DNA of 47,421 bases from a bacterium (GCA_043807085.1 JAZDGI010000018.1:1-47421), one strand, 5' to 3'. Positions 7,526-18,550 are shown, counted from the first letter of the stretch. The notes: generated by a model not told the origin, from the sequence alone. Numbers and translations are program-made.

Positions 7526-9817
7526 TTAACCGCTTATTATTATTTTTATCACGGAAATTAAGGCTCTGGCAAGAAAAATTATCCCCAGCCCTATAGCCGT
7601 ATAAAGCAGGATGCTTTTGCCCTTTGACACTTTGCCCGGATCTCCACCAGAAGACAGAAAATAAAAAGCGGAAATTACGACCATAATCGGGGCTATGCCA
7701 ATGACGACCCAAAAGACAAAATTGATAATCTGGTTAATTAAATCCTGAATGTTCACCCAGCACAAAGGATTGGTAATAGAGTTTTCATCAACTCCCTCAC
7801 TGCCAGCTCCCTTATCGCACCCGGCAAAAGGAAACCACCAACCGCCACCCCCCGCGCCGCTTGTCGTCTGACCGCTAGAAGGAGCTCCGGGAGCGCCAGG
7901 GACGCTGGGAGGGCCTGACCCAGGAGGAGTTGTTGACAAAGGAACGGTAGTAAACTTACTGGTGGCCGATGGTCCGCAACCTTGGTTATTGCAAGCGTCA
8001 ACTATTAAAGCGTAAGTAGTGCCAGGAAACAGATTGCTTATTTTTGGAGGAGCTTGGGTAGAACTTATCGTGCCGCTCCCAAGAGGCTCATTCCAGTCTT
8101 CGGGAAAAATCCACCATTGGTAAGACGTAGCGCCGGGAACTGATTTCCAGCCTAAAGCAGGATTAAGAGAAATGTTATTGCCGGTGGGAGATAATCCAGT
8201 TGGAACTTCGGGAACTGTCGGAGAAATGGGTCCAGAAGAAGAAGGCTTGATTTCAGCTGAAGCTGTTTTGCTTAAAGAGTCTCTCTCAACAATTACCTTA
8301 GCCTTATAACTCCCCTCCTTATCATAGGCGTGATCAACTGATTTGAAAATAGTATATTCTGACTGTTTATCAAATTTGACGCCGATTTTAGAATCCTTCG
8401 GATCGCCGCAAGCCTTAATCGTTTCCTTAACGCTGCTTAAATTATTGTCGCAGTTCCACCAGAATGTATAATTAATTGTTCCTCGCGCGCTGCCGCCAGG
8501 ACTGGCAGTAAACGTTACTTTCAGGGGAATTGGTCCTTTTTCAGGGCTAGCTGAAAGACCGGCGAAAAGAGTCGGCTCAACAACTTTAAAAGAAAGAATT
8601 CTGTTATTGTACCGCCATTTGCCATACCACGACGTGCCAACTCGCACAGTATAAGAGCCAGCTAAAAGATCGGGCACTTTAACTGTCAGTTTCGTCAATG
8701 AAGAATTAAGAGGAGTAACGGGCACATCCTTTTCAGCAATAAAAGAAACCTGGTTTTCGCTTGGCAAATTCTTAAAATAATTCCCTGAAATAATGAATAT
8801 CGTGCCTTTTGGCCCCTCATTAGTTGAAAACGAGTCAACTACCGGCGGGATAATAACAGTCAAGTCAAAGCTGTTGCTCAACACTAGCCAATTAAAGCTA
8901 GTCTTAACTTTAACTTTGACGCCTTTTTCTATACCAAGAACAGCCGAAGGAAATTCAGCCAGAGAAGGCAGGTCAACCTTAATTTCGCTCAACGAAGCGC
9001 TTTTCGGTTTTAATGTTTTAAAAATCGTGCCGTCGGGTTTAAAAAGGTCTATCCGATTGCCCTCAACGCCTTCCCGAAAATTACTGCCTTTGATAATAAT
9101 TTCTCCGCCCGGCTCTTGAGCCGCGGGAATTATTTGGGAAATTATAGGACCAGGCAGACTGATTACCAGATTGAACGGATTGCTCTCTCTTCGCAAGCCA
9201 GTCAAGATCTCGGTAAGCTCCAAAATAGCGCTGTAAGACTTACCGGCCTCAAACCAGCTTGGCCAAGTTGGTCCCGCTGTCACTTTGATTGAGCTGGAAT
9301 CTTGCTGTAAAAGACTGTAAGGCCAGTAGTTTCCTCCAAGCTGGGGAAACCTTAACTTATAAGCGCCTCCGAGAAAATTATTTCCTAAAATATTAAAATA
9401 AGGCGCGCCAACCGGAATAGGAGACGGATCGGTCTTGCTGACGCTAAGTTTTGGGATTGACAATACTGGATAATTCTTTTGAGCAGAAACGCCGTTAGCG
9501 GTTACGACAATTGTTACCTGCCCTACAGAAAGAGCTACGGGAATAGTTACTATAAGACTACTCCCCGTGGGGCTCTTAATATAGACTGGAGCCTTAGAAA
9601 CGTTATTTTGAATAAATTCTACCAAATTGCCATTTGTTTCGGTGCTAAAATCTGAACCGAGAATATTAATTACCTGACCGGGATAAGAGTAGACGCCTTG
9701 AGTTGGCGTAATGGAATAAATTGTCGGCGGGGCAACAGCTGAACAAAAAGTTCCCCCGGCCAGAAATAAAACGAGGGGCAAAGTGATCAAAATTGAGGCG
9801 ATCCTTATTTTATCCAT
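7526..9817 (-). CDS. Surface protein with IPT/TIG repeats, PKD-like and FN3-like domains, a Pro/Gly linker and a C-terminal TrbC/VirB2-like pilin domain
   Basis: Signal peptide; repeated P-x-I-xx-I-x-P...I-x-G-x-N/D-F motifs; HAYDKEGSYKAKV; LFPGTTY...VDACNNQG; C-terminal SAFYFLSSGGDPGKVSKGKSILLYTAIG. Confidence 0.8.
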   Translation of the reverse strand: MDKIRIASILITLPLVLFLAGGTFCSAVAPPTIYSITPTQGVYSYPGQVINILGSDFSTETNGNLVEFIQNNVSKAPVYIKSPTGSSLIVTIPVALSVGQVTIVVTANGVSAQKNYPVLSIPKLSVSKTDPSPIPVGAPYFNILGNNFLGGAYKLRFPQLGGNYWPYSLLQQDSSSIKVTAGPTWPSWFEAGKSYSAILELTEILTGLRRESNPFNLVISLPGPIISQIIPAAQEPGGEIIIKGSNFREGVEGNRIDLFKPDGTIFKTLKPKSASLSEIKVDLPSLAEFPSAVLGIEKGVKVKVKTSFNWLVLSNSFDLTVIIPPVVDSFSTNEGPKGTIFIISGNYFKNLPSENQVSFIAEKDVPVTPLNSSLTKLTVKVPDLLAGSYTVRVGTSWYGKWRYNNRILSFKVVEPTLFAGLSASPEKGPIPLKVTFTASPGGSARGTINYTFWWNCDNNLSSVKETIKACGDPKDSKIGVKFDKQSEYTIFKSVDHAYDKEGSYKAKVIVERDSLSKTASAEIKPSSSGPISPTVPEVPTGLSPTGNNISLNPALGWKSVPGATSYQWWIFPEDWNEPLGSGTISSTQAPPKISNLFPGTTYALIVDACNNQGCGPSATSKFTTVPLSTTPPGSGPPSVPGAPGAPSSGQTTSGAGGGGWWFPFAGCDKGAGSEGVDENSITNPLCWVNIQDLINQIINFVFWVVIGIAPIMVVISAFYFLSSGGDPGKVSKGKSILLYTAIGLGIIFLARALISVIKIIISG

Positions 9818-9835
9818 TAGTTTATTTTACGCCAT

Positions 9836-10354
9836 CTATTTTTGGAATAAAAGGCCGTAGTGATATTTGCCGGGTTCAAATTCTTTCTCTAGCTTTAAAC
9901 TTTCTTCTTCGGCGATTTTTTTAACCTCGCTAAGAGAAACCGCAGTTTTGGGCCCAAAAGGCGCATCCTCTTTCCAGTCAACGACTAAGATTTTTCCGTT
10001 TTTTTTCAAAACTCTTTTGGCTTCCTGAAAAATATAATTCCTTTTTTCTGACTGAAAAAGGAGGTTGGTCATCAAAACCAAATCGCAGGAATCGTTTAAC
10101 ATTCTTGAGCCTTCTTCCACGTCCGCTTTTATCATTTCAATGTTGGAAATTTTTTCCAGCTTGGTCTTCAGGCGCAAGGCCGAAAGCGGCTCTTCCAATA
10201 TATCTATGGCAAAAACTTTTCCTTCTTCCAGGATTTTTGCCAGCGGCAAAACCCAAAAGCCGGAACCCGAGCCAAAATCAGCGGCAACCATATCTTTGCG
10301 TAACTTCAGCTGGTTTAAAATTTTTTGCGGATTAAGAAAATCCTCCATACTCAA
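9836..10354 (-). CDS. Class I SAM-dependent methyltransferase
   Basis: ADFGSGSG, AIDI and RVLKKNGKILVVDW motifs. Confidence 0.88.
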   Translation of the reverse strand: MSMEDFLNPQKILNQLKLRKDMVAADFGSGSGFWVLPLAKILEEGKVFAIDILEEPLSALRLKTKLEKISNIEMIKADVEEGSRMLNDSCDLVLMTNLLFQSEKRNYIFQEAKRVLKKNGKILVVDWKEDAPFGPKTAVSLSEVKKIAEEESLKLEKEFEPGKYHYGLLFQK

Positions 10355-10405
10355 ATTATTCTAATCAAATCCCAATTCCCAAATTGTTTTAGGTTAATTT
10401 TCATT

Positions 10406-13400
10406 TCATATGCACGCGGCTGAAGCCACTCTTTCGCCCTCGTCCAGCCTCATTATTCTTACTCCTTGGGTGGCCCGGGACAAAATTGAAATTGAATTAA
10501 TGGCCGTCCTGATAACCTGTCCCTTTTCGGAGATGACAATCAAATCTTCTTCCTGGCCAAAAAGCGCTTTTGAAGCCACAATTTCACCGGTTTTTGGAGT
10601 AATCCGGGCAGTTTTGATTCCCGACCCTCCCCGTCCCTGGAGCCTATATTCTTTCACGTCGGTCTTTTTCCCGTAGCCGTTCTCCATAACCACCAGCAGA
10701 TACTGCTTTTCTGGTTTCTGATTTTTTATTATGTCCATTCCAACTACTTCATCGCCTTTCTTCAGCCTGATTCCGCGAATGCCCGAGGACGCCCGACCCA
10801 TCGGCCGAATGGCCGACTCTTTAAAACGAATGGCCTGGCCTTTCTTGGTGACTAAAATAATTTCATCTTCGCCGCTGGATTTTTGAACGGATTTCAGCAA
10901 GTCGCCTTTTTTCAGATTTATAGCGATCAGTCCCGATCTCCTGACGTTTTCAAATTCAGTCAACGCTGTTTTTTTGATTATACCATCCTTGGTAATCATT
11001 ACTAAATATTTCGTGCCCAAACCGACATCTTCCTTGCCCCAGGCCAGAAGCGACAGAACTTTCTCCTGTTGGGAAATTTCCAGAAAATTCAAAAGCCCGC
11101 GGCCCTTGGCAACGCGGCTGCCTTCGGGAATTTCATAAACCGGTGTCTGAAAAACCTTTCCCGAATCAGTAAAGAATAAAAGCTTGTCGTGGGTATTGGC
11201 GGCGATAAAATGCTCAACAATGTCGTCGCTGACGGTCTTCATACCCAAAAGCCCTTTGCCGCCGCGTTTTTGCAAGCGGTAAATTTCCGGATTTATTCTC
11301 TTGACATACCCTCCCTGGGTCAAAGCGATAACTGTTTCCTGCGAAGGAATTAAATCCTCTTCGGCAATCTCGCCAATCTTGTTCAAATGAACCTTAGTCT
11401 TTCTTTCGCCGCCGAATCTTTCTTTCAATTCTTTCAATTCTTTTTTAATAATATCTTTGATCCTGGCCGGGCTCTTCAGAATAGCTAAAAATTCCTTGAT
11501 CTGCGCTTCAAGCTGTTTTAGTTCGTCTTCAATTTTCTTTCTTTCTAGTTTTGCCAAGGCCGCCAACTTTGTTTCCAAAATGGCATTGGCCTGAATTTCG
11601 GTCAACCTGAATCTCTTCATCAAATTGACCTTGGCGTCTTCTCGGCTGCTGGAATTTTTGATGATCTTGATAACAACGTCTATATTTGCCAGGCATTTGT
11701 GCAAACCTTCCAGAATATGGGCCCTTTCTTTGGCTTTAATCAAATCGTACTCTGTTTTGCGGGCAATGACTTCTTTGCGGTGCAAAATAAAATAGCTCAA
11801 CATCTCCGCCAAATTCAAAACCCTCGGCTGAATGCCGTCGGTCAGGGCGAGCAGATTTAAATGAAAAGTCCTTTGCAAATCGGAAAACTTATAAAGCCGA
11901 TTGAGAATTTTTTGCGGAAAACCGTCCTTGCCAAGATCAATGACAATCCTCATTCCTTCCCGGTCGGATTCGTCCCGGATATCTTTGATGCCTTCAATCT
12001 TTTTTTCCTGCACCAAGGCCGCCAGCTGCTCCACCAAAGACGATTTCTGGACCTGATATGGAATAGCGGAAATAATTATTTGCTGACGGTTAGTTTTTTT
12101 ATCCTCGGTAATTTCCGCCCGGCCGCGGGTCAGAATTGGACCCTTGCCTTGGGAATAAGCCGCGATGATTTCTTTTTCGTCAAAAATTTCTCCGCCGGTC
12201 GGAAAATCCGGCCCTTTTACAAACTGAAATAAATCTTCGGTATCAGCCTTAGGGTTGTCAATCAGAAAAATTAAAGCGTCAGCCACCTCGGTTAAATTAT
12301 GAGGCGGGATGCTAGTCATCATACCTACGGCAATTCCCAGAGAACCGTTCAGCAAAAGCTGGGGCAGGGGAGAAGGCAAAACCACCGGTTCTTTTCTCGT
12401 GCCGTCATAATTGTCAACAAAATTAACCGTATTTTTTTCAATGTCCCGCAGGGTCTCCTCGCCAACCTTGGAAAGTTTGCATTCCGTGTTGTGGTTGATA
12501 AAACCGTTGCCCACAAAAGAATGACAGCCGCTGTCTACTCTTAGAGAATAAACTCGTTCTTTCGCGCAAAATTCTATCTTTTCAACAGGATCAAATAAAT
12601 AATTATTTGACAAAAGATTCTCAAACTCGGAGATAAGATCAGTTTTCAATTCGGGTTTAACCGCCTCCAAAACTTGGCAGTAATTTTTTTCCATGCTTGG
12701 ATATCTGTCAAAATTGTGCTTAAAGACAAACTCTCTGGCTTGGTAGCCGCCGCTCAAAGAAGCCCTTACTGCCCCGCTTAAGTATGGGACGAAATCAGTT
12801 TGAGAATAATTTTTCACGAGCCGCTCAATGCTTTTTTTCAACTTTTCCCTTTTGCGTTCACAGATAAAATCAATCTGGTCTTTAAATAATTTGTAATTTC
12901 CCAACCCGCGAATATAGAGTTTATGGGTTTTACGCCATTTATCATAACGCTTGGCCGAAGCAATCCCGAATCTTAGCAGAATTATTTGCAATAATTTTAT
13001 AAGATCCTCGCTAACAGAAATATAGCTTAATTCTGTCATCCTTCCAGAGAAACTGATGCTGCCGTCCCCTTCAAAACAAGCTCTTAAGAAAGCGGCTGCT
13101 ACCGGCTTTGGCGACTGCAAAATCACAGAAGGAATCTTCTTCCCGGCTGATTTTACCGGCTCCAGGCCGATATTTTTAAGAAACTCCACCACGTAGCGCG
13201 AATGGATTTCCAACGTTTGGTAAGGTTTTTTGCCAAATGAATTTGGCTGACGCAAAAATTGATGCAAGCGACAATCAGGAAAAATTTTCGCCCAATTTTT
13301 GACAAAATTATCAATAAATTCGGCGTCGCTGTTGCAAAACTCAATCTCGTTATCCTTTATCGCGCCTTCGGAAATTAAAGCGCCTAAAATAAACGCCAAG

Positions 13401-14230
13401 CTTTCGTCTAAATTTTCCGGCAGAATTTTTTTCTCCGTTCTGCGATTCGCATGATTCGGCCAATACGATTTAAGGGAAACTTTCTCCTTGGGCCATAAAA
13501 TATCTGACGCGCGATCAATAACAGCGACATCGTCCAATTTAATCTGACTTAAAAGTTTCCAGCTGTAATTCGGCCGACCCGACTGACTCTTCTTTGACCA
13601 AACCAAAACGGGATGATCATACGAACCTTTAATTGAGAGACCGCTTCGGGTCGTAATTTTAATTGTCGGGTGTTCGCCAGAATCAAACCATTTCGTCGCA
13701 AGATTTACATTTTTATCTCTTGAAAGAATTGCTTTTTTTATGTTTTCTTTGCCGGCCATAGAAATTTCCTTAATTGGCAGCAGCCCATCTTCCGTTATGA
13801 TTAATGTGTCGCCCGTGACGCAGTACCTCATTGCAGCCGGGCTGTCCCCGTCAATTGAACCGAAATTTCCTTGGCCGTCAACCAAGGGATACCTTAAAGA
13901 AAATTCCTGTGCCATTCTGGCCAAGGCGTCGTAAACAGGAATATCGCCGTGAGGATGAAACTTACCCAAAACCTCTCCAACCACGGAAGCTGATTTCCGG
14001 TATTTTGCTCCGGCAGTCAAACCCATTTCATGCATAGCAAACAAAATCCGCCGGTGAACAGGCTTTAGTCCGTCCCTGATATCAGGCAACGCCCTGGAAA
14101 CAATGACAGACATAGCGTAATCCAAATAGGACTCCGACATTTCTGTGACAATTTCTCTGGGTTTTATCTGACCGAGAGAAGATACGGCTTTGGCCGCGTC
14201 TTTATTCGGTTGTTCTTGTTTTTTTGGCAT
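10406..14230 (-). CDS. gyrA: DNA gyrase subunit A containing an intein
   Basis: [26 protein letters not shown]|TE split by the intein, GyrA box QKRGGKG and beta-pinwheel repeats. Confidence 0.97.
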   Translation of the reverse strand: MPKKQEQPNKDAAKAVSSLGQIKPREIVTEMSESYLDYAMSVIVSRALPDIRDGLKPVHRRILFAMHEMGLTAGAKYRKSASVVGEVLGKFHPHGDIPVYDALARMAQEFSLRYPLVDGQGNFGSIDGDSPAAMRYCVTGDTLIITEDGLLPIKEISMAGKENIKKAILSRDKNVNLATKWFDSGEHPTIKITTRSGLSIKGSYDHPVLVWSKKSQSGRPNYSWKLLSQIKLDDVAVIDRASDILWPKEKVSLKSYWPNHANRRTEKKILPENLDESLAFILGALISEGAIKDNEIEFCNSDAEFIDNFVKNWAKIFPDCRLHQFLRQPNSFGKKPYQTLEIHSRYVVEFLKNIGLEPVKSAGKKIPSVILQSPKPVAAAFLRACFEGDGSISFSGRMTELSYISVSEDLIKLLQIILLRFGIASAKRYDKWRKTHKLYIRGLGNYKLFKDQIDFICERKREKLKKSIERLVKNYSQTDFVPYLSGAVRASLSGGYQAREFVFKHNFDRYPSMEKNYCQVLEAVKPELKTDLISEFENLLSNNYLFDPVEKIEFCAKERVYSLRVDSGCHSFVGNGFINHNTECKLSKVGEETLRDIEKNTVNFVDNYDGTRKEPVVLPSPLPQLLLNGSLGIAVGMMTSIPPHNLTEVADALIFLIDNPKADTEDLFQFVKGPDFPTGGEIFDEKEIIAAYSQGKGPILTRGRAEITEDKKTNRQQIIISAIPYQVQKSSLVEQLAALVQEKKIEGIKDIRDESDREGMRIVIDLGKDGFPQKILNRLYKFSDLQRTFHLNLLALTDGIQPRVLNLAEMLSYFILHRKEVIARKTEYDLIKAKERAHILEGLHKCLANIDVVIKIIKNSSSREDAKVNLMKRFRLTEIQANAILETKLAALAKLERKKIEDELKQLEAQIKEFLAILKSPARIKDIIKKELKELKERFGGERKTKVHLNKIGEIAEEDLIPSQETVIALTQGGYVKRINPEIYRLQKRGGKGLLGMKTVSDDIVEHFIAANTHDKLLFFTDSGKVFQTPVYEIPEGSRVAKGRGLLNFLEISQQEKVLSLLAWGKEDVGLGTKYLVMITKDGIIKKTALTEFENVRRSGLIAINLKKGDLLKSVQKSSGEDEIILVTKKGQAIRFKESAIRPMGRASSGIRGIRLKKGDEVVGMDIIKNQKPEKQYLLVVMENGYGKKTDVKEYRLQGRGGSGIKTARITPKTGEIVASKALFGQEEDLIVISEKGQVIRTAINSISILSRATQGVRIMRLDEGERVASAACI
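12488..13822 (-). mobile_element. Intein (445 aa) with a LAGLIDADG homing endonuclease
   Basis: Begins CVTGDT and ends [12 protein letters not shown], with Thr as the +1 residue. LAGLIDADG-like blocks are ILGALISEG and [10 protein letters not shown]. Confidence 0.95.
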
Positions 14231-14883
14231 TATGGCTGCAGAACCACTATTTTCGCTTCTTCATCTGGAATGTCTTTTTTCCTGACAGAAAGCTTTGGTT
14301 CGGGTACGATTGATTTTAATCCGGCGGCTTTTAAAAATTCTTCCAGACCGCCCAATTTTACCTTTAATTTGGGCAATTGGTAATGCATAGGAATGGTGAT
14401 TTTCGGCTCAATCTGCGACATTACCCTTAAAGCGTCTTTGGCTGAAATAGTATAAACCCCGCCCACGGGAATCATTAAAATATCAATGTCGCCAATTTTC
14501 TCCAGCTGTTCTTCTTTAAGCTCTTTTTGGCCGAAATCTCCCAGGTGGCAGACCCTCAAACCTTCGGTTTCAATAATATATATGGTAGTTTCTCCTCTTT
14601 CTTTACCTTCTTTTTCATCATGAAAGGCTTTAATTCCCTGGACATAAACTTCTTTTACCTCATATTCTCCTGACCCCTGAATCAAAAAATTATCTCCACC
14701 CACTCCCTTTACGTTATTATGGTCAGAATGGCTGTGAGTTACCAATAAAATATCAGCTTCCAGCTTGGGCATTTTCAACCCAAGGCCTTCGGAGAACGGG
14801 TCAATGACAATTTTAACAGAGCCGTTTTTTACAGGATTAGCGATTATTTGAAAACAAGATTGTCCGTGCCAAATTATCTGCAT
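14230..14883 (-). CDS. MBL-fold metallo-hydrolase
   Basis: [23 protein letters not shown] and IPMHY motifs. Confidence 0.9.
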   Translation of the reverse strand: MQIIWHGQSCFQIIANPVKNGSVKIVIDPFSEGLGLKMPKLEADILLVTHSHSDHNNVKGVGGDNFLIQGSGEYEVKEVYVQGIKAFHDEKEGKERGETTIYIIETEGLRVCHLGDFGQKELKEEQLEKIGDIDILMIPVGGVYTISAKDALRVMSQIEPKITIPMHYQLPKLKVKLGGLEEFLKAAGLKSIVPEPKLSVRKKDIPDEEAKIVVLQP

Positions 14884-14943
14884 ACCCCTTTAGTTTACCA
14901 CAGATTATTGAAAAATAAAACAGATTGTGATAATATATTTTTT

Positions 14944-16014
14944 ATGAAAGACCTATCGGAAAAAGAAAATTTATTGCGGCCGCCGGCAATCGGCGAAATC
15001 GTTGAGGGAAAGGTTATCGCCAAGGGCAAATCAGCCCTGTACCTGGATTTGAGCCCCATTGGCACGGGCATTATTTTCGGCCGCGAATTCTTAACGGCCA
15101 AAGAAAAGATAAGGCCGCTGAAAAGGGACGACATTTTTTTTGCGAAAATTATTGATTCGGAAAACGAAGACGGCTTTATTGAGCTTTCGTCCTCGGGCGC
15201 GGCCGCCGAGTTAAGCTGGAAGGGGCTGGAGGAAAAACAAAAAAAAGGAGAAATTATTTCGGTAAAAATCTTGGGCGCCAACAAGGGCGGACTCCTGGCG
15301 GAAATATATAATCTGCCGGCTTTTATTCCGGTCTCCCAGCTGGAAGCCGGACACTATCCCCGCGTAGAAGGTGGCGATCCGCAAAAAATCCTGGCTGAAT
15401 TGCAAAAGCTTGTCGGCCAAGAGCTGGAAGTGAAAATTTTTGATTTGAAGCCCAAGACCGGCGAAGTTATCTTGTCGGAAAAAGCCAAGGGATCGGAAAA
15501 GCTGAAAGAGGTTTTGAAGAATTATAAAATTGGCGATGTTATTGACGGCGAAATCACCGGCATTACCGATTTTGGCGCCTTTATTAAATTCGGCGGCCAA
15601 GAGAACACCCCGGAGTGCATTGAAGGGCTGATTCATATTTCCGAACTGGACTGGAAAATAATTGATAATCCTGCGGAAATAGTAAAAGTGGGCCAAACCG
15701 TCAAGGTCAAAATTATTGATATCACCGGAGACAAAGTTTCCCTGTCCTTAAAATCCCTGAAAAAAGACCCCTGGTCTGACATTGATTCAAAATTCAAAAA
15801 AGGAGACATTGTTAAGGGGAAAATCACGAAACTCAACCCCTTTGGAGTTTTTGTCCAGATAACCCCGGAAATCCAAGGACTCTGCCACATTTCCGAGTTC
15901 GGCACTCAAAAAAAAATGGAAGAGACTCTGGAAACAGACAAAACATACAAATTTGAAATTCTGCTGATAGAACCTCAAGAACACCGAATGAGCTTAAAGC
16001 TGATGGAAAAGTAG
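14944..16014 (+). CDS. rpsA: 30S ribosomal protein S1 (four S1 domains)
   Basis: ANKGGL, AFIPVSQL, DFGAFI...EGLIHISEL and PFGVFV...GLCHISE. ATG at 14944 avoids overlap with the divergent gene. Confidence 0.9.
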   Translation: MKDLSEKENLLRPPAIGEIVEGKVIAKGKSALYLDLSPIGTGIIFGREFLTAKEKIRPLKRDDIFFAKIIDSENEDGFIELSSSGAAAELSWKGLEEKQKKGEIISVKILGANKGGLLAEIYNLPAFIPVSQLEAGHYPRVEGGDPQKILAELQKLVGQELEVKIFDLKPKTGEVILSEKAKGSEKLKEVLKNYKIGDVIDGEITGITDFGAFIKFGGQENTPECIEGLIHISELDWKIIDNPAEIVKVGQTVKVKIIDITGDKVSLSLKSLKKDPWSDIDSKFKKGDIVKGKITKLNPFGVFVQITPEIQGLCHISEFGTQKKMEETLETDKTYKFEILLIEPQEHRMSLKLMEK

Positions 16015-16024
16015 AAAAATAACC

Positions 16025-16046
16025 AAACAGCCGCAAGGCTGTTTTT
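16025..16046 (+). terminator. rpsA intrinsic terminator
   Basis: AAACAGCC-GCAA-GGCTGTTT followed by TT. Confidence 0.8.
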
Positions 16047-16062
16047 AATTGGGGCTCGGTAT

Positions 16063-16091
16063 TTGACAAAGTTTTAATTGTATGCTATAAG
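16063..16091 (+). promoter_or_regulatory. Near-consensus sigma70 promoter
   Basis: TTGACA-N17-TATAAG with an extended TG. Confidence 0.7.
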
Positions 16092-16156
16092 AAAACCAGT
16101 GCAAATACAGGAGCATTCGCTCCTATTTTTAACAAATTGAATAGGGAGGAAGAACA

Positions 16157-16990
16157 ATGGAAGAAGCATTTGGACTAAGGATAGAAACGGCAGGGATGAA
16201 GACGGGAGATACCAGGCAGACCCCGGGACTCAATTGGTGCGAAATTCTTATGGGCGGAGATCGCCCGAAGAATATCGCAATCAAGGTATCATTGCGGGAC
16301 AGCAACGGAAACGGAAAAACCCATATCGTATCCTTTGGGAGGTATGGGGAGTCATCTGCGGAGCAGAACGAGTTCCAGGAGGAACTCTTGTCAGGAAAGC
16401 CTTTCGTGTTTAACGTTCCCGTTGCCTGGAGCAACGAAGGCGTCCCTACCACCAGAGTAGAGCCCTGGGATAATTTCCGGGTTATTACTCTGGCCGTTGA
16501 TGGCCACTTTTGGCAAACCGAAATCGGCCTGGCCACGAGGGGGCGAAAAATTTTCCTGACTGTCCAGGACCAGTGGACTGGGTGGGTGACGAAAAAATTT
16601 GATTTCGTCCCGTCCCAGTCAAAACACAACTGGCCTGGAGCGCCGACCTACGCTGACCTTTGGAGCGGCCTGGCGCCAAAGGTTGAGAAACGGCTTTATG
16701 AGATGAGAGCCGATCTCTCTATCCAGCGATTCGCGCCGAAGTGGAACCCAGGCCCACCGCCAACCCCTATACCCGGTTGGCTGGAAAGAGGGGTCGTGCT
16801 CTATTTCTCGCCCGTCGCAGGGCACGGGAGAGTCCTTTCGGAAAACGGAGAAATCCGTTTTCTCCACTGGAAAGCCCTGAACCAAAATGACGGCGTAGGC
16901 GTGTCGCCCATGACTTGGCTCCACGCCAAGATCAGAAAAACCAACCCGGGACAGAGATACGCGCCGATTCTGTCCTGCAAAATCGCATAG
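16157..16990 (+). CDS. Hypothetical protein with a C-terminal cold-shock-like OB domain
   Basis: AGGGAGG SD upstream. C-terminal GVVLYFSPVAGHGRV...IRFLHWKAL resembles the CSD RNP1/RNP2 layout. Confidence 0.6.
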   Translation: MEEAFGLRIETAGMKTGDTRQTPGLNWCEILMGGDRPKNIAIKVSLRDSNGNGKTHIVSFGRYGESSAEQNEFQEELLSGKPFVFNVPVAWSNEGVPTTRVEPWDNFRVITLAVDGHFWQTEIGLATRGRKIFLTVQDQWTGWVTKKFDFVPSQSKHNWPGAPTYADLWSGLAPKVEKRLYEMRADLSIQRFAPKWNPGPPPTPIPGWLERGVVLYFSPVAGHGRVLSENGEIRFLHWKALNQNDGVGVSPMTWLHAKIRKTNPGQRYAPILSCKIA

Positions 16991-17009
16991 GCGCGAAGGA
17001 GGTAAACAA

Positions 17010-17045
17010 AGGGCCCGGAAGTAAACAAATTACTCACCGGGCCCT
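17010..17045 (+). terminator. Hairpin downstream of the orphan gene
   Basis: AGGGCCCGG...CCGGGCCCT stem with an inner AGTAA/TTACT pair. Confidence 0.5.
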
Positions 17046-17092
17046 AAATCATTTTTACAATACCATTTTTAATATATAATACTAATAAACAT

Positions 17093-18550
17093 ATGGCGCC
17101 AAACTTTTTTCAATCATGGCAGCGCGTTGTGCCCAATCTCTCTGACATCCTGCGTCAGCTGGAAGAAAAAACCATCATCGGTTTTGGCATGATTCCCTAT
17201 CCCAGAATCATACCTTCTCTTTTTTTACGAAACTATATTATCTACTCGGTCAAAGACACAGCCGATTTAGATGTTTTGCGTTCTTACGCCAAGATTTTTT
17301 GTTTGGAAGAGAAATTTCCCAAAGCAGCCCAAAAAATTCACGCCGCCAGCTATCTTTTAGGCAATTACGCTTTCCACGCATTTTTAAAATCAAGACAACG
17401 GCCTTTCCGGCTGATGCTCCATCGCACAACGCCAGCCATTGTCAAAAAACTGGAAGACCAGCAAATTGACTGGCTGGGAAACAGGCCGGAAAGCTTTGAA
17501 GACCTTCTGCTTCCGGCGGAATTCGCCAGCGCATTAAAAAAATTGGGCCTGCCCCATGCTGAAATATCACGCGTTTCAAGGGAAGAATTTCTCGCCAAAA
17601 AATTTGATGACGTCAGTCAGTCAAAAAACCAGCCGTTTTTAATCCAGCGGATCTATTCCGAAACCGGCGTTGAGCAAAATCCTTTTCTTATCAAAGACGC
17701 TTATGACTGGGATGATATGCTCTCTGTTTTAGAGCGCGACGTTAAATTTGAAAAAGCGCAAATTTCCTCCCTTCAAACCGGCATTTCAGCTTCAGTTGTC
17801 GGCTGTATCACGCATTTGGGCGTTCTGACTTCTCCTCTCCAGCTGCACCTCGCTGATATTCCCGAAGTCTTGGGCAAAGAACAGCCAGCTGGAATTTTCT
17901 TAGGCTACGACTGGAAACTCCAGCCCTGGAGCTGGCAAACGGAAAAAACCAGCCAGCAAATAACAGAACGATTAGGCGAATTCCTTTCAAAAAAAGGGTT
18001 CCGAGGAGTTTTTGGCGTCAATTTCATTTGCGATACTAAAACGGGAAATATCTTTCCCGCCGGATTTGACCCTTTCTTTACCGACGCTTTCCCGGTATAT
18101 TCATTAATGATAAGCTGGCTCAATAAAGTTCCGCCAATGGATTTTTTCCATATGATGGCCCAATTAGGAATAAAAGAGCAGTTTGATTTTGAAAAAATAA
18201 ACGCCGGATTGAAAGAAAGGGCTGCCCTATCAACGATATTTTTAAGGCCAACCGGAATCAAAGAAATGAAAATACCCCTAAAGCCCGGCATCTATTCTTA
18301 TGATCCGGCAAAAAAAGACGCTGTTTATAAAAGGCCTGGCGCTTTTCTCTGGGAGCTGAAAGACGATTCCGAATTTTTTATGATTGATTCAATGCCCCGC
18401 CTGGGAAAACCGATTATTGATAACGTGCCTAGTCTTTTCAAGCTTATTCTCCCGCGATCTATCGCCATATCTTCTTCGCGCATAGAACCTAATATCGGAC
18501 AGTTTATAGCGAAACTATCTGCCGAATTGCGCGAAAATCAGCCCGAATAA
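17093..18550 (+). CDS. ATP-grasp-fold-like protein, apparently degenerate
   Basis: GEFLSKKGFRGVFGVNFI resembles the ATP-grasp C-domain. The expected E-x-N-x-R motif reads AGFDPF. Confidence 0.55.
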   Translation: MAPNFFQSWQRVVPNLSDILRQLEEKTIIGFGMIPYPRIIPSLFLRNYIIYSVKDTADLDVLRSYAKIFCLEEKFPKAAQKIHAASYLLGNYAFHAFLKSRQRPFRLMLHRTTPAIVKKLEDQQIDWLGNRPESFEDLLLPAEFASALKKLGLPHAEISRVSREEFLAKKFDDVSQSKNQPFLIQRIYSETGVEQNPFLIKDAYDWDDMLSVLERDVKFEKAQISSLQTGISASVVGCITHLGVLTSPLQLHLADIPEVLGKEQPAGIFLGYDWKLQPWSWQTEKTSQQITERLGEFLSKKGFRGVFGVNFICDTKTGNIFPAGFDPFFTDAFPVYSLMISWLNKVPPMDFFHMMAQLGIKEQFDFEKINAGLKERAALSTIFLRPTGIKEMKIPLKPGIYSYDPAKKDAVYKRPGAFLWELKDDSEFFMIDSMPRLGKPIIDNVPSLFKLILPRSIAISSSRIEPNIGQFIAKLSAELRENQPE

